Of a DNA stretch of 64,000 bases, positions 1 to 11,508 are shown in pieces. The notes below the pieces were generated by a model. It was given only the letters and a program-made list of their open reading frames with translations. It was not told where the DNA came from and ran no database searches. The first letter of the stretch is position 1, and each line of letters starts with the position of its first letter. Source of the stretch: Mytilus edulis (Eukaryota); contig NC_092348.1 of NCBI RefSeq assembly GCF_963676685.1, positions 8,866,001 through 8,930,000 of the forward strand, in the 5' to 3' direction. Position numbers and translations under genes: made by a program.

Positions 1-240
1 TGGTTTTATATCCTCAAACTCCTCCCTTGTATGATCATCAAGTTCCGTTATATTTACAACGATTCGTGAACAAAACAGACATAATAAATAAAATAATCAA
101 AATATGGGTAGAACATAGTGACAAAAATAGTCAAAATATGAGTACAGTATAGTGACAAAAATAGTCAAAATATGGGTTCAACATAGTGACAAAATATGGG
201 TACAACATAGTGATAAAAATAGTCAAAATATGGGAACAAC
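1..240 (+). repeat. End of an interspersed repeat with a locally amplified ~20/39-bp tandem unit (aaaatagtcaaaatatgggtacaacatagtgac)
   Basis: 1-110 matches 25495-25630 (ggttttata...ttccgttatatttacaa.gat..gtgaa..aaacagacataataaataaaata.tcaaaatatgggta). The last part repeats about 4 times at 90-240. Confidence 0.7.
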
Positions 241-922
241 ATACCTCTTCATGTCTTAGGTCCTTATGTTATTTTTTTACAGTTTATATCAATAGTATAT
301 TCACCTGTTACCTATTACCTTATCTGTACGTTCCGCATCTGACAGGCGCACCACCAAAAGGTGTATTTAGGATTTTGCTATATATACGGGTCATACTCAC
401 AGTGTTGGCACTTCTTTATTCGATCATTGTCAAATTATTTTCCTATTGTAATATTTTGATCAGTAAGACTTTCTAAGATAACAATACGAATACTAGAAAT
501 CTGAACTTGAAAGAAGGCGTATAGGTATAAGAATTTAAACTTGTTAACGGGCATGACGTGAAACAGCGAATAAAAGAATTCAACTTTATGTATAACTTAT
601 ATAGGACAATGTTGTTGATTGAAAAATACTTCATTCCAGGACCTTTTGTTTTCCAAGTAATTAATATTACTTTAGTACAAATAATTGATAAGTTCCAGGT
701 CGACGGGTTCAAACAGAAAGAAGATGATTATTCTACCTGTTTTATGTTTAAGGCAAACACAATATAGTTTGATTATTAGCCAACTGCATAGCTAGTGCCC
801 CTTTAAGACAACCAACTTGCTTTAAGCCACATGGTACAATAAAACAGGTTTAAAACACATGTCTGATGTTTTTGTTTTGAATGGAAGGATGTTAAACTAC
901 TCGACATTCTTTATACTTCATT

Positions 923-1283
923 AGTTTAAACATATTTATTTATAGTGGATTGGGAAACACGTTTTACAACTTATATTAATCCCTTTCCACTTTGCGGGTG
1001 CGAGTGCTGCCTTGTAGCGGCATTAGCCTACTCTTTTTCGAAATCTACAAGGGTGTCTTTAACGTGCAAGAGATATGGCTCTCTCTTAACACGGGCCAGC
1101 CATTTATCGTCCCCGTCCGACGGACTATCATCGTTTCCTCAAGACCATACTCGCAAATGGTGTCAACGGAGAGCCGAAAATTAAGTTCCTGAAATTTTCA
1201 TCCCAAACGGGAATCGAACCAGGAACCTTTGTGTTAGTAGTCCGATGCACTAACCACTACACCACGGCTCTCTACAACGGCTC
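923..1283 (-). mobile_element. tRNA-derived SINE, probably with a Deu/Nin-type central domain and a CR1-like 3' tail
   Basis: The minus-strand head has Pol III box A (TGGTGTAGTGG) and box B (GGTTCGATTCC). The centre contains gcacgttaaagacaccctt and the tail ends aataaatatgtttaaact. A 12-bp TSD ttatacttcatt lies at 911-922 and 1284-1295. Confidence 0.88.
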
Positions 1284-1569
1284 TTATACTTCATTGAGTA
1301 TTTTATAGTTTAAAAAAATAGAAGTAATGTAACAGTTATTATGGTCCGGTAGTAAAATGTGTCCGCCAGACATTTTTTCCTAGTTAATCAAGTACATGTC
1401 CATAATTTTACTAGGAGAAGTCCTAGGACAAATGTGTCTAAAAAAATAAGTCCATAATACTGAGTAATAAAAATATGTCTGGTACCCATTATAATAGGAA
1501 AAATTGTCCCAAGACTTGTTTTTCTATTAGTTTTCATGTTTATATGACATGTACGTTATTACCTAATAG

Positions 1570-1862
1570 ATATAGGAAGATGTGGTGTGAGTGCCAATGA
1601 GACAACTCTCCATCCAAATAACAATTTAAAAATTAAACCATTATAGGTTAAAGTACGGCCTTCAACACGGAGCCTTGCTCACACCGAACAACAAGCTATA
1701 AGGGCCCCAAAATTACTAGTGTAAAACCATTCAAACGGGAAAACCAACGGTCTAATCTATATAAACAAAACGAGAAACGAGAAACACGTATATATTACAT
1801 AAACAAACGACAACTACTGTACATCAGATTCCTGACTTAGGACAGGTGCAAACATTTGCAGC
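1570..1862 (+). repeat. Unclassified abundant interspersed repeat starting aagatgtggt.tgagtgccaatgagacaactctc
   Basis: A near-full second copy lies at 34633-34850. The terminal motif recurs at ~14220 and ~25175, and reversed at ~24965, ~52060 and ~57110. Confidence 0.75.
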
Positions 1863-2247
1863 TAAACATGTTAATGACATGGACATGATATTTTCAAAAA
1901 ATTATCTGGGACATACATTAAAGTTAACTAAAATAGCTATACACAACTGTAAAATAATATTAAACACAGCAGTTTAATTTACCTTTTTGAAATAAACTAT
2001 AAAGAGCATAATCACTTTTATGGAATACATGGACATGATTTCCTAGGAAAAGTAGTCTGGGGACAAAAATTCTATTAAAAGTGAATGCACGACCCTTTAC
2101 CAATATTAAAAGATGAAAAGTGAGTTTCCATTGTTTATAAAAATTTCCCATTGAAAATAATGGACATGGACATTTTTACATAGGAATTTTGATAACATGG
2201 ACATGATTTCCTATGAAAATTTGTCTGGAAACATACATTTATTAGAA

Positions 2248-2572
2248 AACAAGAATGGGTCCAAAGTACACGAATGCCCCACTCGCACTATAATTTTCCA
2301 TGTTCAATGGATCATGAAATTGAATAAAAAAAATAATTAGGCATTGAAATTAGAAAGATAATATCATAAGGAACATGGGACAGGGTACTAAGTTTCAAGT
2401 TGATTGGACTTCAACTTCATCAAAAACTACCTTGACCAAAAACTTTAACCTGAAGCGGGACAGACGGACGAACGGACAGACAGACAGACGGACGGACGAA
2501 CAGACAGACGGACGAACGGACGCACAGACCAGAAAACATAATGCCCCTCTACTATCGTAGGTGGGGCATAAA
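2248..2572 (+). mobile_element. Non-autonomous Helentron-type element (HINE/DINE-1-like), copy 1
   Basis: 5' aacaagaatg..tcc with subterminal atgcccc, one core unit, a GACA/GGAC microsatellite (2460-2528) and a 3' hairpin atgcccctctactatcgtaggtggggcat followed by an A run. Confidence 0.8.
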
Positions 2573-2627
2573 AACCCATAATATCTTCATTCTTCTTAAT
2601 TTGTCTGGAAACATACATTTATTAGAA

Positions 2628-3670
2628 AACAAGAATGTGTCCAAAGTACACGAATGCCCCACTCGCACTATAATTTTCCATGTTCAATGGACCATGAAAT
2701 TGAATAAAAAAAAATATTAAGCTGGGGTCACACATTCACGATTTTTACTGCCGTCCTTGACAGGACCATTCCCGATTAAAATTTATCAAAAGTCTGATCA
2801 AGATCCTATGAATCGTGGATGTAAATTCAAACTTTAAAAATTTAATCACGACAACAATCAGATATTGTTCAGGAAGCGTCGATATTCAACCGTTTCCAAA
2901 CGAATTTATCCCGATAATCCCGTTCTTAATCCGCTTCTAATCCGATTTTTATCTTTCGCCAGGTAAAATTCGACCGAGTCTGTCACGACTGCGACCCGAT
3001 TCTACCGAATGTGATCCGACAGAGATCAGATAGTGACAAGACAGTGAACCGACGCTGACGGAAGTTATCCGTTCGAACAAATTTCTCCAGATCATTCCCG
3101 TTCCACAGGACACCGTCCCGAATACACAGAACATTGTTAGGAATTCGATCCGATACAGCAGAATCTGTCACGACATAGGCACGATTGTAATACGACTAGA
3201 CAAAATCGGCTGAGTTTCCCCGAATGTTACGGGACGCACCTAACTGTCGGGGTGCTTTGCCGAACTATTCGAACCCTTCCCGACCAGTAGGAATCTGTTA
3301 CGAACTAAAACGACTGCGTTCAGACAATAATAGGACATTCCAGATAATTGAGGATACTAATCCGACTTTTTCACTTTTCGTGTCGTATCGCTGTCTGATC
3401 TCAAACGGGAGTAATAATCGGCAATGTGTGAACCCCGCATTAGGCATTAAAATTAGAAAGATAATATCATAAGGAACATGGGACAGGGTACTAAGTTTCA
3501 AGTTGATTGGACTTCAACTTCATCAAAAACTACCTTGACCAAAAACTTTAACCTGAAGCGGGACAGACGGACGAACGGACAGACAGACAGACGGACGAAC
3601 AGACAGACGGACGAACGGACGCACAGACCAGAAAATAAATGCCCCTCTACTATCGTAGGTGGGGCATAAA
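2628..3670 (+). mobile_element. HINE copy 2 (tandem duplicate of copy 1), interrupted by a MITE
   Basis: Nearly identical to 2248-2572 once 2720-3442 is removed. Confidence 0.8.
2720..3439. mobile_element. PIF/Harbinger-type MITE (720 bp)
   Basis: Imperfect TIRs gctggggtcacacatt / aatgtgtgaaccccgc. TTA TSD at 2717-2719 and 3440-3442. The empty site is visible in the adjacent duplicate (ataattaggcatt at ~2333-2345). Confidence 0.85.
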
Positions 3671-3904
3671 AATCCATAATATCTTCATTCTTCTTTTAAA
3701 ATTAAGAGCATGAACGTTTTTTTCCTATGAATATTACTGACACGCATTTGATTTCCTAGGAAAATTAGTCCGGAGACGTAATTTTAACAAGGATATAAAT
3801 ATGCAACTCTTAAAACAACATTAAAATATATCATATAAATTTCCCTTACTCATGTAATTGAATTTATTTTTAAGAATTATTTACTGAAGTCAAACGGAGC
3901 TTAA

Positions 3905-4233
3905 GGGAGCTACAATTTGATTTTTATGAAGGGGGGGGGGGGGGGGGGGGGGGGCTAGGATGAAATTTGAAAAAAATAGGCAGGACAAGAGTTTTGATTA
4001 AAAAAAACCAGGATGAGACACTTGCAAAAAAAAAGTCAGGACGACAATTTAGGTAAAAAAAAGTCAGGATAAACTAAAAAAAAAAGGCAGGACCGAACAG
4101 AGTGAAAAATAAAAAGGCAGGACAGAGATAACAGCTAACAAAATGCAGGACACAATTTTTCATCCTAGGCCCCCTCCCCCCCCCCCCCCCCCCCCCCCAC
4201 ATCCCTCCACATAAAAATCAAATGGTAGTTCCC
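3905..4233. mobile_element. Tourist/Harbinger-type MITE with poly-G and poly-C arms
   Basis: TIRs gggagctacaatttgatttttatg / cataaaaatcaaatggtagttccc. TAA TSD at 3902-3904 and 4234-4236. Internal aaaaaggcaggac subrepeats. Confidence 0.85.
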
Positions 4234-4616
4234 TAAGTCTTTGATTGTGTACAATAAACAGAAAATTTCACTGATTACATAATGTTTAAAGCGTACTAGA
4301 ATGAACTCTTCTATAGTATTCAACATTAGTACTTTAATAAGTGATTATGAATGGAAAACATTGTGTATTTAAAATTACATGCATGCCATACACAACATTA
4401 AAAAAAATAATTTCTAAGCTCCTCCCTTCCTCTGTAAAATTGGCGATATGGATAAGCTCTTCCCACAATCTGCAATATTGACATTTGTTAAGTCCTTCCC
4501 TATCATATTCTTTATTATGACAGACACTTTTACTAGCCCTTGTATGTGAATGCATTTGCAAAATAAAATTGAAGATAGTGCAAATGCTACAATTTGTTGC
4601 TTTTGCTATAATTTAC

Positions 4617-4908
4617 TTTTGACCCTATTGATACGCGAGAGTATAGCAAATGCTACATTTAAAACAAAAATAGCATTTGCAGTTTTAATTTTCGCATTTG
4701 GAGTTACAACTGTCGCATTTGCAGTTACAATTGAAGCATTTGCAGTTACAATTTGTCGCATTTGCACTTACAATTACCGCATTTGCACTTACAATTACCG
4801 CATTTGCACTTGCAATTACCGCATTTGCTATATCTATTATAGCATTTGCGGTATTTAATATAGCATTTGCAACAAAATATACTTTTGACCCTAATGATAC
4901 GCCATAGA
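4617..4908. repeat. 21-bp tandem array (gcatttgcacttacaattacc) bracketed by direct repeats
   Basis: About 9-10 gcatttgc units at 21-bp spacing. ttttgacccta.tgatacgc occurs at ~4617 and ~4883. Confidence 0.75.
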
Positions 4909-5779
4909 GGCATTTTGCCTCAATGAAGTTACTGTCGGCCCTGTTAAAATAAAAGTGAGGTAAGGTTTTTTGAGACAATATACCTCAAGTTAAATGAAAC
5001 CAATTTTCAGACATTTCAAGTATATTTAAATAATATTTATACTTTTATTATTAAAAAAATGTGTAGTGTTTCCCGATTTTTTTTTTTTTTTTGAAAAACG
5101 ATGAAGAATCTGGTGATATCTCATACTTTCGATTAGACCTGCTGAGTTAATTATTTTCAATACATTGCAAGTCAGGTAATTCATTTTCAAAGTACCGCAG
5201 AACAAACCATTTATTTTTGTGATTATCAAGGCAGAGTTATTTATTTACAAAATCCTCCTGCCCCCCCCCCCACAAGGCTGAGTTATTTATTTACAAAATC
5301 CTCCTGCCCCCCACCCGAATATCAAATGGTCGTCCCCTAATTGTAACTCCAGAACATGATATTGTGTATGTAGATATGACCCCAATCAAATGACAAACAA
5401 CCATAAGCAACGAAAAATCCAACTGGATAGAAGAGCTAAATGAGACAGCATAAAAGAAGATACTTAGATAGTATGATGAATAATGAGCTATGTAAACAAA
5501 GAAAAACAAAATGACAATTTTTTGGATATGAAAATAGCATAGAAGAGCATAAAGAGACAGCACCAAAGAAGATACTAGACAGTATGAATTTGCTCTAAGA
5601 GAAGAAAATCTGAAAAAAGGATCAAAACTTCATTACTCTCTGGCAAATGTTCAAGGACGGCCTTGAAAAATGAAAGCTTCACTCTATAAATTCCATGCAT
5701 GCGTTCGAAACGTATTTCTGGATCCAAATTACCTGATCAGGAGCGCTGAAATCCTTACATTTGAAACCAGACACAAGTT

Positions 5780-8325
5780 GTTTCCTTTTTCCATTTTCGA
5801 TATTCAAATTTTGAAAAAATATTACAAGTCCAAACTGATTTTTTTTTTCCCTCAAAATTTTTTTCACAATTTTTTTTTTCCTAAATTTTTTTTTCCTGAA
5901 AAATTTTTTTTTCAAATTTTTTTTCCTCAAAATTTTTTTTCCTCAAAATTTTTTTCCTCAAAAATATTTTCCTCAAATTTTTTTTTCCTCATTTTTTTTC
6001 GTTTCCTTATTCGTTTTCTATTCCCTTTTTCGATTTTCATTTCCTTATTCTGTTTCTATTTCCTTTTTCGATTTCATTTCCTTATTCGTTTTCTATTTCC
6101 TTTTTTGACTTTCATTTCCTTATTCGGTTTCTATTTCCTTTTTGATTTTCATTTCCTTATTCGGTTTCTTTTCCTTATTCGGTTTCTTTTCCTTATTCGG
6201 TTTCTATTTCCTTATTCGATTTTCATTTCCTTATTCGGTTTCTATTTTCTTTTTTGATTTTCATTTCCTTATTCGGTTTCTATTTCCTTTTTCGATTTTC
6301 ATTTTCTTATTCGTTTTCTATTTCCTTTTTTGATTTTCATTTCCTTATTCAATTTCTTTTTCTATATTCGGTTTCTTTTTCCTTATTCGATTTTCTTTTC
6401 CTTATTCGGTGTCTTTTTTCCTTATTCAATTTTCATATCCTTATTCGGTTTCTTTTACCTTTTTCAATTTTCATTTCCTTATTCAGTTTCTATTTCCTTA
6501 TTCGATTTTCATTTTCTTATTCGGTTTCCTTTTTCCTTTTTCCATATTCAAATTATAAAAAATATTACAAGTTCAAACTGATTTTTTTTTTCCCTCAAAT
6601 TTTTTTCACAAATTTTTTTTTTCCTTAAAATTTTTTTTTCTCAAAAATTTTACCCTCAAAAATATTTTCCTCAAATTTTTTTTCCCTCATTTTTTTCGTT
6701 TCCTTATTCGTTTTCTATTTCCTTTTTCGATTTTCATTTCCTTATTCGGTTTCTATTTCCTTTTTCGATTTTCATTTCCTTATTCGTTTTCTATTTCCTT
6801 TTGATTTTCATTTCCTTATTCGGTTTCTATTTCCTTTTTCGATTTCATTTCCTTATTCTAATTCTATTTCCTTTTTCGATTTTCATTTCCTTATTCGGTT
6901 TCTATTTCCTTTTTTGATTTTCATTTCCTTATTCAATTTCTTTTTCTATATTCGGTTTCTATTTCCTTATTCAATTTTCTTTTCCTTATTCGGTTTCTTT
7001 TTCCTTATTCAATTTTCATATCCTTATTCGGTTTCTTTTACCTTTTTCAATTTTCATTTCCTTATTCAGTTTCTATTTCCTTATTCGATTTTCATTTTCT
7101 TATTCGGTTTCCTTTTTCCTTTTTCGATATTCAAATTTTAAAAATATTACAAGTTCAAACTGAATTTTTTTTTTCCCTCAAATTTTTTTCACAAATTTTT
7201 TTTACCTTAAAATTATTTTTTTTTCAAATCTTTTTTCACGGTTTCTATTTCCTTTTTCGATTTTCATTTCCTTATTCGTTTTCTATTTCCTTTTTCGATT
7301 TTCATTTCCTTATTCAGTTTCTTTTTCCTTATTCGGTTTCTATTTCCTTATTCGATTTTCATTTCCTTATTCGGTTTCTATTTCCTTTTTCGATTTTCAT
7401 TTCCTTATTCGGTTTCTATTTCCTTTTTCGATTTTCATTTCCTTATTCGTTTTCTATTTCCTTTTTCGATTTTCATTTCGTATTCGGTTTGTATTTCCTT
7501 TTTTGATTTTCATTCCCTTATTCGGTTTCTTTTTCCTTATTCAGTTTCTTTTTCCTTATTCGATTTTCATTTCCTTATTCGGTTTCTTTTTCCTTATTCG
7601 ATTTTTATTTCCTTATTCTGTTTCCTTTTTCCTTATTCGGTTTCTATTTTCTTATTCGATTTTCATTTCCTTATTTGATTTTCATTTCCTTATTCAGTTT
7701 CTTTTTCCTTATTCGGTTTCTATTTCCTTATTTGATTTTCATTTCCTTATTCGGTTTCTATTTCCTTATTTGATTTTCATTTCCTTATTCGGTTTCTATT
7801 TCCTTTTTCGATTTTCATTTCCTTATTCGTTTTCTATTTCCTTTTTCGATTTACATTTCATATTCGGTTTGTATTTCCTTTTTTGATTTTCATTCCCTTA
7901 TTCGGTTTCTTTTTCCTTATTCAGTTTCTTTTTCCTTATTCGATTTTCATTTCCTTATTCGGTTTCTTTTTCCTTATTCGATTTTTATTTCCTTATTCTG
8001 TTTCCTTTTTCCTTATTCGGTTTCTATTTTCTTATTCGATTTTCATTTCCTTATTTGATTTTCATTTCCTTATTTAGTTTCTTTTTCCTTATTCGGTTTC
8101 TATTTCCTTATTTGATTTTCATTTCCTTATTCGGTTTCTTTTTCCTTATTCGGTTTCTATTTCCTTATTTTAATTTCTATTTCCTCATTCGGGTTTCGGG
8201 AGAAAAACATTTTGATGAGTTTATTTTCTTTTCCCTTATTCGATTTTCATTTCCTTATTCGGTTACTTTTTCCTTATTCGGTTTCTATTTCCTTATTTGG
8301 ATTTCTATTTCCTTATTCGGTTTGC
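5780..8325. repeat. 19-bp pyrimidine-rich minisatellite (tttccttattcggtttcta / tttccttattcgattttca) with higher-order blocks
   Basis: Continuous 19-bp periodicity. A spacer block (tattcaaatt...aaaatattacaagt.caaactga plus aaattttttttcctc units) recurs at ~5800, ~6545 and ~7128. Confidence 0.92.
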
Positions 8326-9461
8326 GGGAGAAAATCGTTTCGTAGTGCTGGGACACTACAACTACCATGGCATGCAGTCGTTTTGTATACTCATTTTTCA
8401 ATTATATTTGTACAAAACAATTAACAAGGGTTAGTACCATGTAATTTTCAGTATGTTTTTATCAATTTAATATTGAGTTGATATCAAATACGACACAATT
8501 TGTCCACTACGAACGGTTTTGTAAACTACTAAACTCATCAAAATGTCCACTAAGTAGCATGAGACTAACTCATCAAAATGTCCACTAAGTAGCATGAGAC
8601 TGAGTTGTTTCTTGTATGTAAAGTACTGTCTAATACCGCAGTCCCACTAGGCCACGATCGCACTACGATCTGTTAAAAAAATGCAAATTTTGATGATCGT
8701 AGTACGATCGTGTAGATCGTAGTAAGGTCGTATCACGGTCGTGGTGAGGTCTTCAAGATCGTGATGAGCGTGGACAACTTTGAACATGTTCAAAACAATC
8801 GTTATAAAGCTGAACAAACAGTAACATACCTTAAAAAACATGCAAGATTACAGATCAAAACCAATGTCTAATTCAGGAAAGCATGCAAAATTAAAGATTA
8901 AAACCCATGGATAATTCAGGGGGAAAACACGTATGAGACAAGAGACCGAAGCTGCAATCATACCGGACCCAAAATCAAACAAACTCCTAAAATCAAATGC
9001 AAACATAGCAAACGATGAGAGAAAATCAAAACAAACTTATTGGACATATACGAAAGACATAATAACTACAAAAGACAAGTCCATCTACCAACGAAAAGTA
9101 TATATAATATGGGCCTACTTAATATATGAATATTCATTTTTTTTTATTGTATTCTATATTTTAAAGAAATCGATATCTTTTATACGCTGACCCAGAACAT
9201 GAACTTTCAATTATTTGTATATTCCGAAGGCATACTGGTTATTTTACGGAGGGGCCAACTTAACATGCATTGCATACGTCTTCTTAAAATAAGTAGTGTC
9301 GAATTAATTGAAGTTTTTCTTCTAAAACTATCGGCCAATAAATTACGTTTCTTTAGGATGTTCGATTGTCATGTTTTTTGGAATTTTTGTCAGATTTCAG
9401 AATCCTCTGGGTTTATCTATTTGAATGCTTTAACAATTTGCCCATTGACCCCCATTTTTCT

Positions 9462-10663
9462 TTTTATGACCCACCTACGATAGTAGAGGGGCATTATCTT
9501 TTCTGGTCTGTGGCTCTGTTCGTTCGTTCGTCCGTCCGTTCGTTCGTTCGTACGTCCGTCCGTCCGTTTGTTCGTTCGTCTCACTTCAGGTTAAAGTTTT
9601 TGGTCAAGGTAGTTTTTGATGAAGTCCAATTAACTTGAAACTTAGTACAATGGTCGCTTATGATATGATCTTTCTAATTTTAAAGCCAAATTAGACTTTT
9701 GACCCCAAATTTCACGGTCCATTGAACATAGAAAATGAAAGTTGGAGTTTCAGGTTACAGATTTTGGACAAGGTAGTTTGTTATGAAGCTGAAGTCCTAT
9801 CAACTTGCATCTTCGCTAGCCAAGGGTTACGATCCACTCCCGCTCTCTTCACCCTTGGCAGATTGAGCCAACATTTGTGATATCAATGTTGCGCCATCTA
9901 TCGGAAGATTAAAGTCACGCCCATTCCGAATACATTATTCTTGACCAATGGTAGCACTTGAACTCTTCAATTTGGAGGTAAAAACACTGTAGAGTCTAGA
10001 TTCTACCCACTTGGCAAAGCCGAAAACGAAAATATACGTCAACATTCATGCATTTGTGCATGAAACATACACAGGAACTTCTATTAGTTGATTAAAAACA
10101 TTCAAGTTGTCACTAAATATAGTCGTATGTTTAGTGATGTAAAGACTTGTTGCACAATAAACACGTGGCAATTGTTTACAAACACTTTCTACATTTACAC
10201 GTGATCATGTTATAGGCGCTTTTTGATTGGATGCAGCGAGTTTCTACTGCAACCAATAAAAATCCTTACCTTGTGTCTCCGAAATATTATCTCAATCCGC
10301 CAAGGGTGAAGAGAGCGGGAGTGGATCGTAACCCTTGGCTAGCGAAGATGATCAACTTGAAACTTAGTCCACTTGTTGCTTATGATATGATTTTCTAATT
10401 TTAAAGCCAAATTAGACTTTTGACCCCAATTTCACGGTCCACTTAACCTAGAAAATGAAAGTGTGAGTTTCAGGTTAAAGTTTTTGGTCAAGGTAGTTTT
10501 TGATGAAATTGAATTCAAATCAACTTAAACTTAGTACACATGTTCCCTATAGTCTAATCTTTCTAATTTTAATGCCAAATTAGATTTTTACCCTATATCA
10601 CGGTCCATGGAACATGAAAAATTATTGAGTGGGGCATCCGTGTACTTTGGACACATTCTTGTT
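9462..10663 (-). mobile_element. HINE of the same family as 2248-2572, with about 3 tandem core units and a nested MITE
   Basis: Reverse complement of the same ends (..ggggcatccgtgtactttggacacattcttgtt; ccacctacgatagtagaggggcat), a cgtt/cgtc microsatellite and a repeated ~155-bp core (caggttaaagtttttggtcaaggtagtttt). Confidence 0.82.
9808..10350. mobile_element. MITE with 60-bp TIRs and a 9-bp TSD (Mutator/MULE-like)
   Basis: TIR 9808-9867 matches the reverse complement of 10291-10350 with one mismatch. TSD atcaacttg at 9799-9807 and 10351-10359. Confidence 0.9.
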
Positions 10664-11235
10664 ATTAATCTTTTACATATATAAGTATAAGCCATCTGTA
10701 ATAGTCTTATGAAATTATTGTTATATCTCGAAAACAAGTGTATTGACCTATATATTTTTTTGCTTTTTTTGCTTCCTTTATTATCCCCTATCAATATACT
10801 AGTGTTATGAAAAGCTTATTATTTTGAAACTGAGTAGCGAACTTCCTTAAGGAGAATATAACAAAAAGAAGTTGTGTGCATATGTTTCTAGCTTCCGTTA
10901 TGCTTGTACGAATAAAAGTAGATGATGGGGAAATTTGACAACATTTCCAAAAGATATTATGATTACTATATTAATTAGAGCAACGTCATTTAGATATAAA
11001 GGTGACAGTGTATATCAGTGATGGCTCTTAGGGTATACATCTTACTTAATCAATTAAATGTGTTGCAGGAAGGCATTTAGGCTCATTAAACATGGTATCA
11101 TTTACTAGTAACCACTTTCAATAATGAAACAGTAACGTTAGTTTCTTAAGACCGCAACAGAAAAAAGAATTACAGTAAGAGGTATTGTATTGTGTTGTAT
11201 TGTATAATCGTATCGTATCGTTTCGTATCGGATTA

Positions 11236-11508
11236 NNNNNNNNNNNNNNNNNNNNNNNNNNNNNNNNNNNNNNNNNNNNNNNNNNNNNNNNNNNNNNNNN
11301 NNNNNNNNNNNNNNNNNNNNNNNNNNNNNNNNNNNNNNNNNNNNNNNNNNNNNNNNNNNNNNNNNNNNNNNNNNNNNNNNNNNNNNNNNNNNNNNNNNNN
11401 NNNNNNNNNNNNNNNNNNNNNNNNNNNNNNNNNNNNNNNNNNNNNNNNNNNNNNNNNNNNNNNNNNNNNNNNNNNNNNNNNNNNNNNNNNNNNNNNNNNN
11501 NNNNNNNN
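11236..11508. other. Assembly gap (273 N) preceded by a tattg/tatcg pentamer microsatellite
   Basis: Run of N; the microsatellite is at ~11183-11230. Confidence 0.99.

Noticed and set aside
1201-1270. tRNA gene
   Set aside because: Boxes A and B are present but the anticodon and acceptor stems do not pair. It is the head of a TSD-flanked SINE.
2375-3669. Duplicated small ORFs MGQGTKFQVDW...
   Set aside because: They lie in HINE core and microsatellite sequence.
4550-4978. Cys/Ala-rich repeat ORFs (CTYNYRI, ANAVIVS)
   Set aside because: A 21-bp tandem repeat is open in several frames on both strands, with no splice or domain support.
5670-8424. Phe/Ile/Ser-rich 'membrane protein' ORFs, or a CRISPR-like array
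   Set aside because: These are translations of a 19-bp minisatellite, with no unique spacers and no cas genes in a eukaryotic context.
8533-8800. 35-bp direct duplication and atcgtag-rich fragment as a complete element
   Set aside because: Only one possible terminus is visible, with no partner TIR or TSD.
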